From contig OX638154.1 of NCBI GenBank assembly GCA_951804945.1, positions 18,910,001 through 18,974,000 of the forward strand: a stretch of DNA of 64,000 nucleotides, in the 5' to 3' direction. Position 1 is the stretch's first letter. Every line of letters begins with the position of its first letter. Origin of the DNA: Podarcis cretensis. Taxonomy: Eukaryota. The notes beneath the pieces are model-generated. The model was not told the origin of the DNA and did no database searches. It saw only the letters and a program-made list of their open reading frames with translations. This document shows positions 63,111 through 64,000 of the stretch, piece by piece. Made by a program: the position numbers and the translations under genes.

Positions 63111-64000
63111 ATAGGTAGTTGTTGAATGAAAGGGGGGAATGAACCTGGTTACTATAGGCTGCTTCCCCTCAGGATTTAAGGCCGTCGTCCTTTGCTCACT
63201 TATGTGTGCAAGCACACAGACCTTTTTAGCTCCAGTAGGATTTGCATATGTATTGGCTGGGTTCGAGGTTCAGGTGAATCCCTCTATGGTGTGGACACGT
63301 ATGCCTTCAATGAAGTGTGTAAAAAAAAAGATTAAGGCAGTGGAGTGATTCATGATGTTTGGCATGGGAGGCAGAGAAGGCACCATGAGGAGGCTTTGCA
63401 ATGGCAGCTTTTCTGAAGCAGCATTTGTGCAAGCGTGGACATAGACATGAAGCCTAGAAACAAGGACGGGTTAGGTGGTGGTCTAAGAAGCAGACCTGGG
63501 GAAAGGATAAATCTCTAGAACAGCCCTTTGTGTAATTTTATGTGGGTTAGAAGTAGGAGAAGAGAGAGAGTGTCAGGATGCTTTTAGCATCCGGTTGCCC
63601 AGGAAAGTCAAGGGAAGGCTTCCTACCATCCTTTTCTATTCAATATTTACAGGCTATAAAACCCAACCTCTTGGATAATGACATTGTTCTGAGTGAATCT
63701 CCACCCTCTCCATCTCTCCCACTTCCTCATTCGTCACTTCTACGGGAGCTGCTACGTGCCCTCTGTCTTTGAGCTCTTTGCTCTCCTACTTTCAAGACTC
63801 GCTGGGGGTTTTTTGGGGGGAGGTCTGGAATGCTTTCTAAAGACACTATATACATCAGCTGTCACACACACCCCGGTGCTGCCGCCTCCTCTTCTCTCCC
63901 ATTATTTCCCAACTTTCCCCCTCATCTACACCTGAGCTGTGACCTCTCGCAAAACACAGTTGTAAATCCATACTGTCTTCCTCTTCCTGCTCCCTGGAAA

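Noticed and set aside
47166-64000. Search for NFATC2 terminal exons (VNEIIRKEF-like or ELIDTHL-like)
   Set aside because: No convincing match by eye; probably downstream of the window.

Overview
This is vertebrate genomic DNA, almost certainly from a lacertid lizard given the repeat content (Sauria/Squam1 SINEs, Squam3-like CORE SINEs, BovB, CR1, L2, Penelope, many TcMar and hAT MITEs). The window lies inside NFATC2 (NFAT1) on the + strand. Six GT-AG exons with consistent phases (5687-5889, 7384-7556, 23421-23561, 43407-43462, 44390-44516, 46417-47100) encode the Rel-homology/IPT DNA-binding region and most of the C-terminal region. The 5' exons and the last exon were not found in the window. 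Most other ORFs in the track are repeat-derived or spurious. The most unusual signal is a set of TG...CA LTRs whose U3 region is filled by a reading frame for a low-complexity acidic/Ser/Pro-rich protein with a basic patch near the C-terminus, stopping at or just before the TATA-like box. One is an intact solo LTR at 9482-10240 (198-aa ORF, 5-bp TSD); more degraded ones lie at 40795-41332 and 60523-61085, each with a splice-acceptor-like site near the LTR start. Together they suggest LTR-encoded accessory proteins. Also notable are a Penelope-like terminus with a minimal hammerhead ribozyme (16463-16500, - strand) and a TcMar MITE family carrying variable palindrome arrays. Repeat family names come from my recall of consensus sequences, not from database searches.
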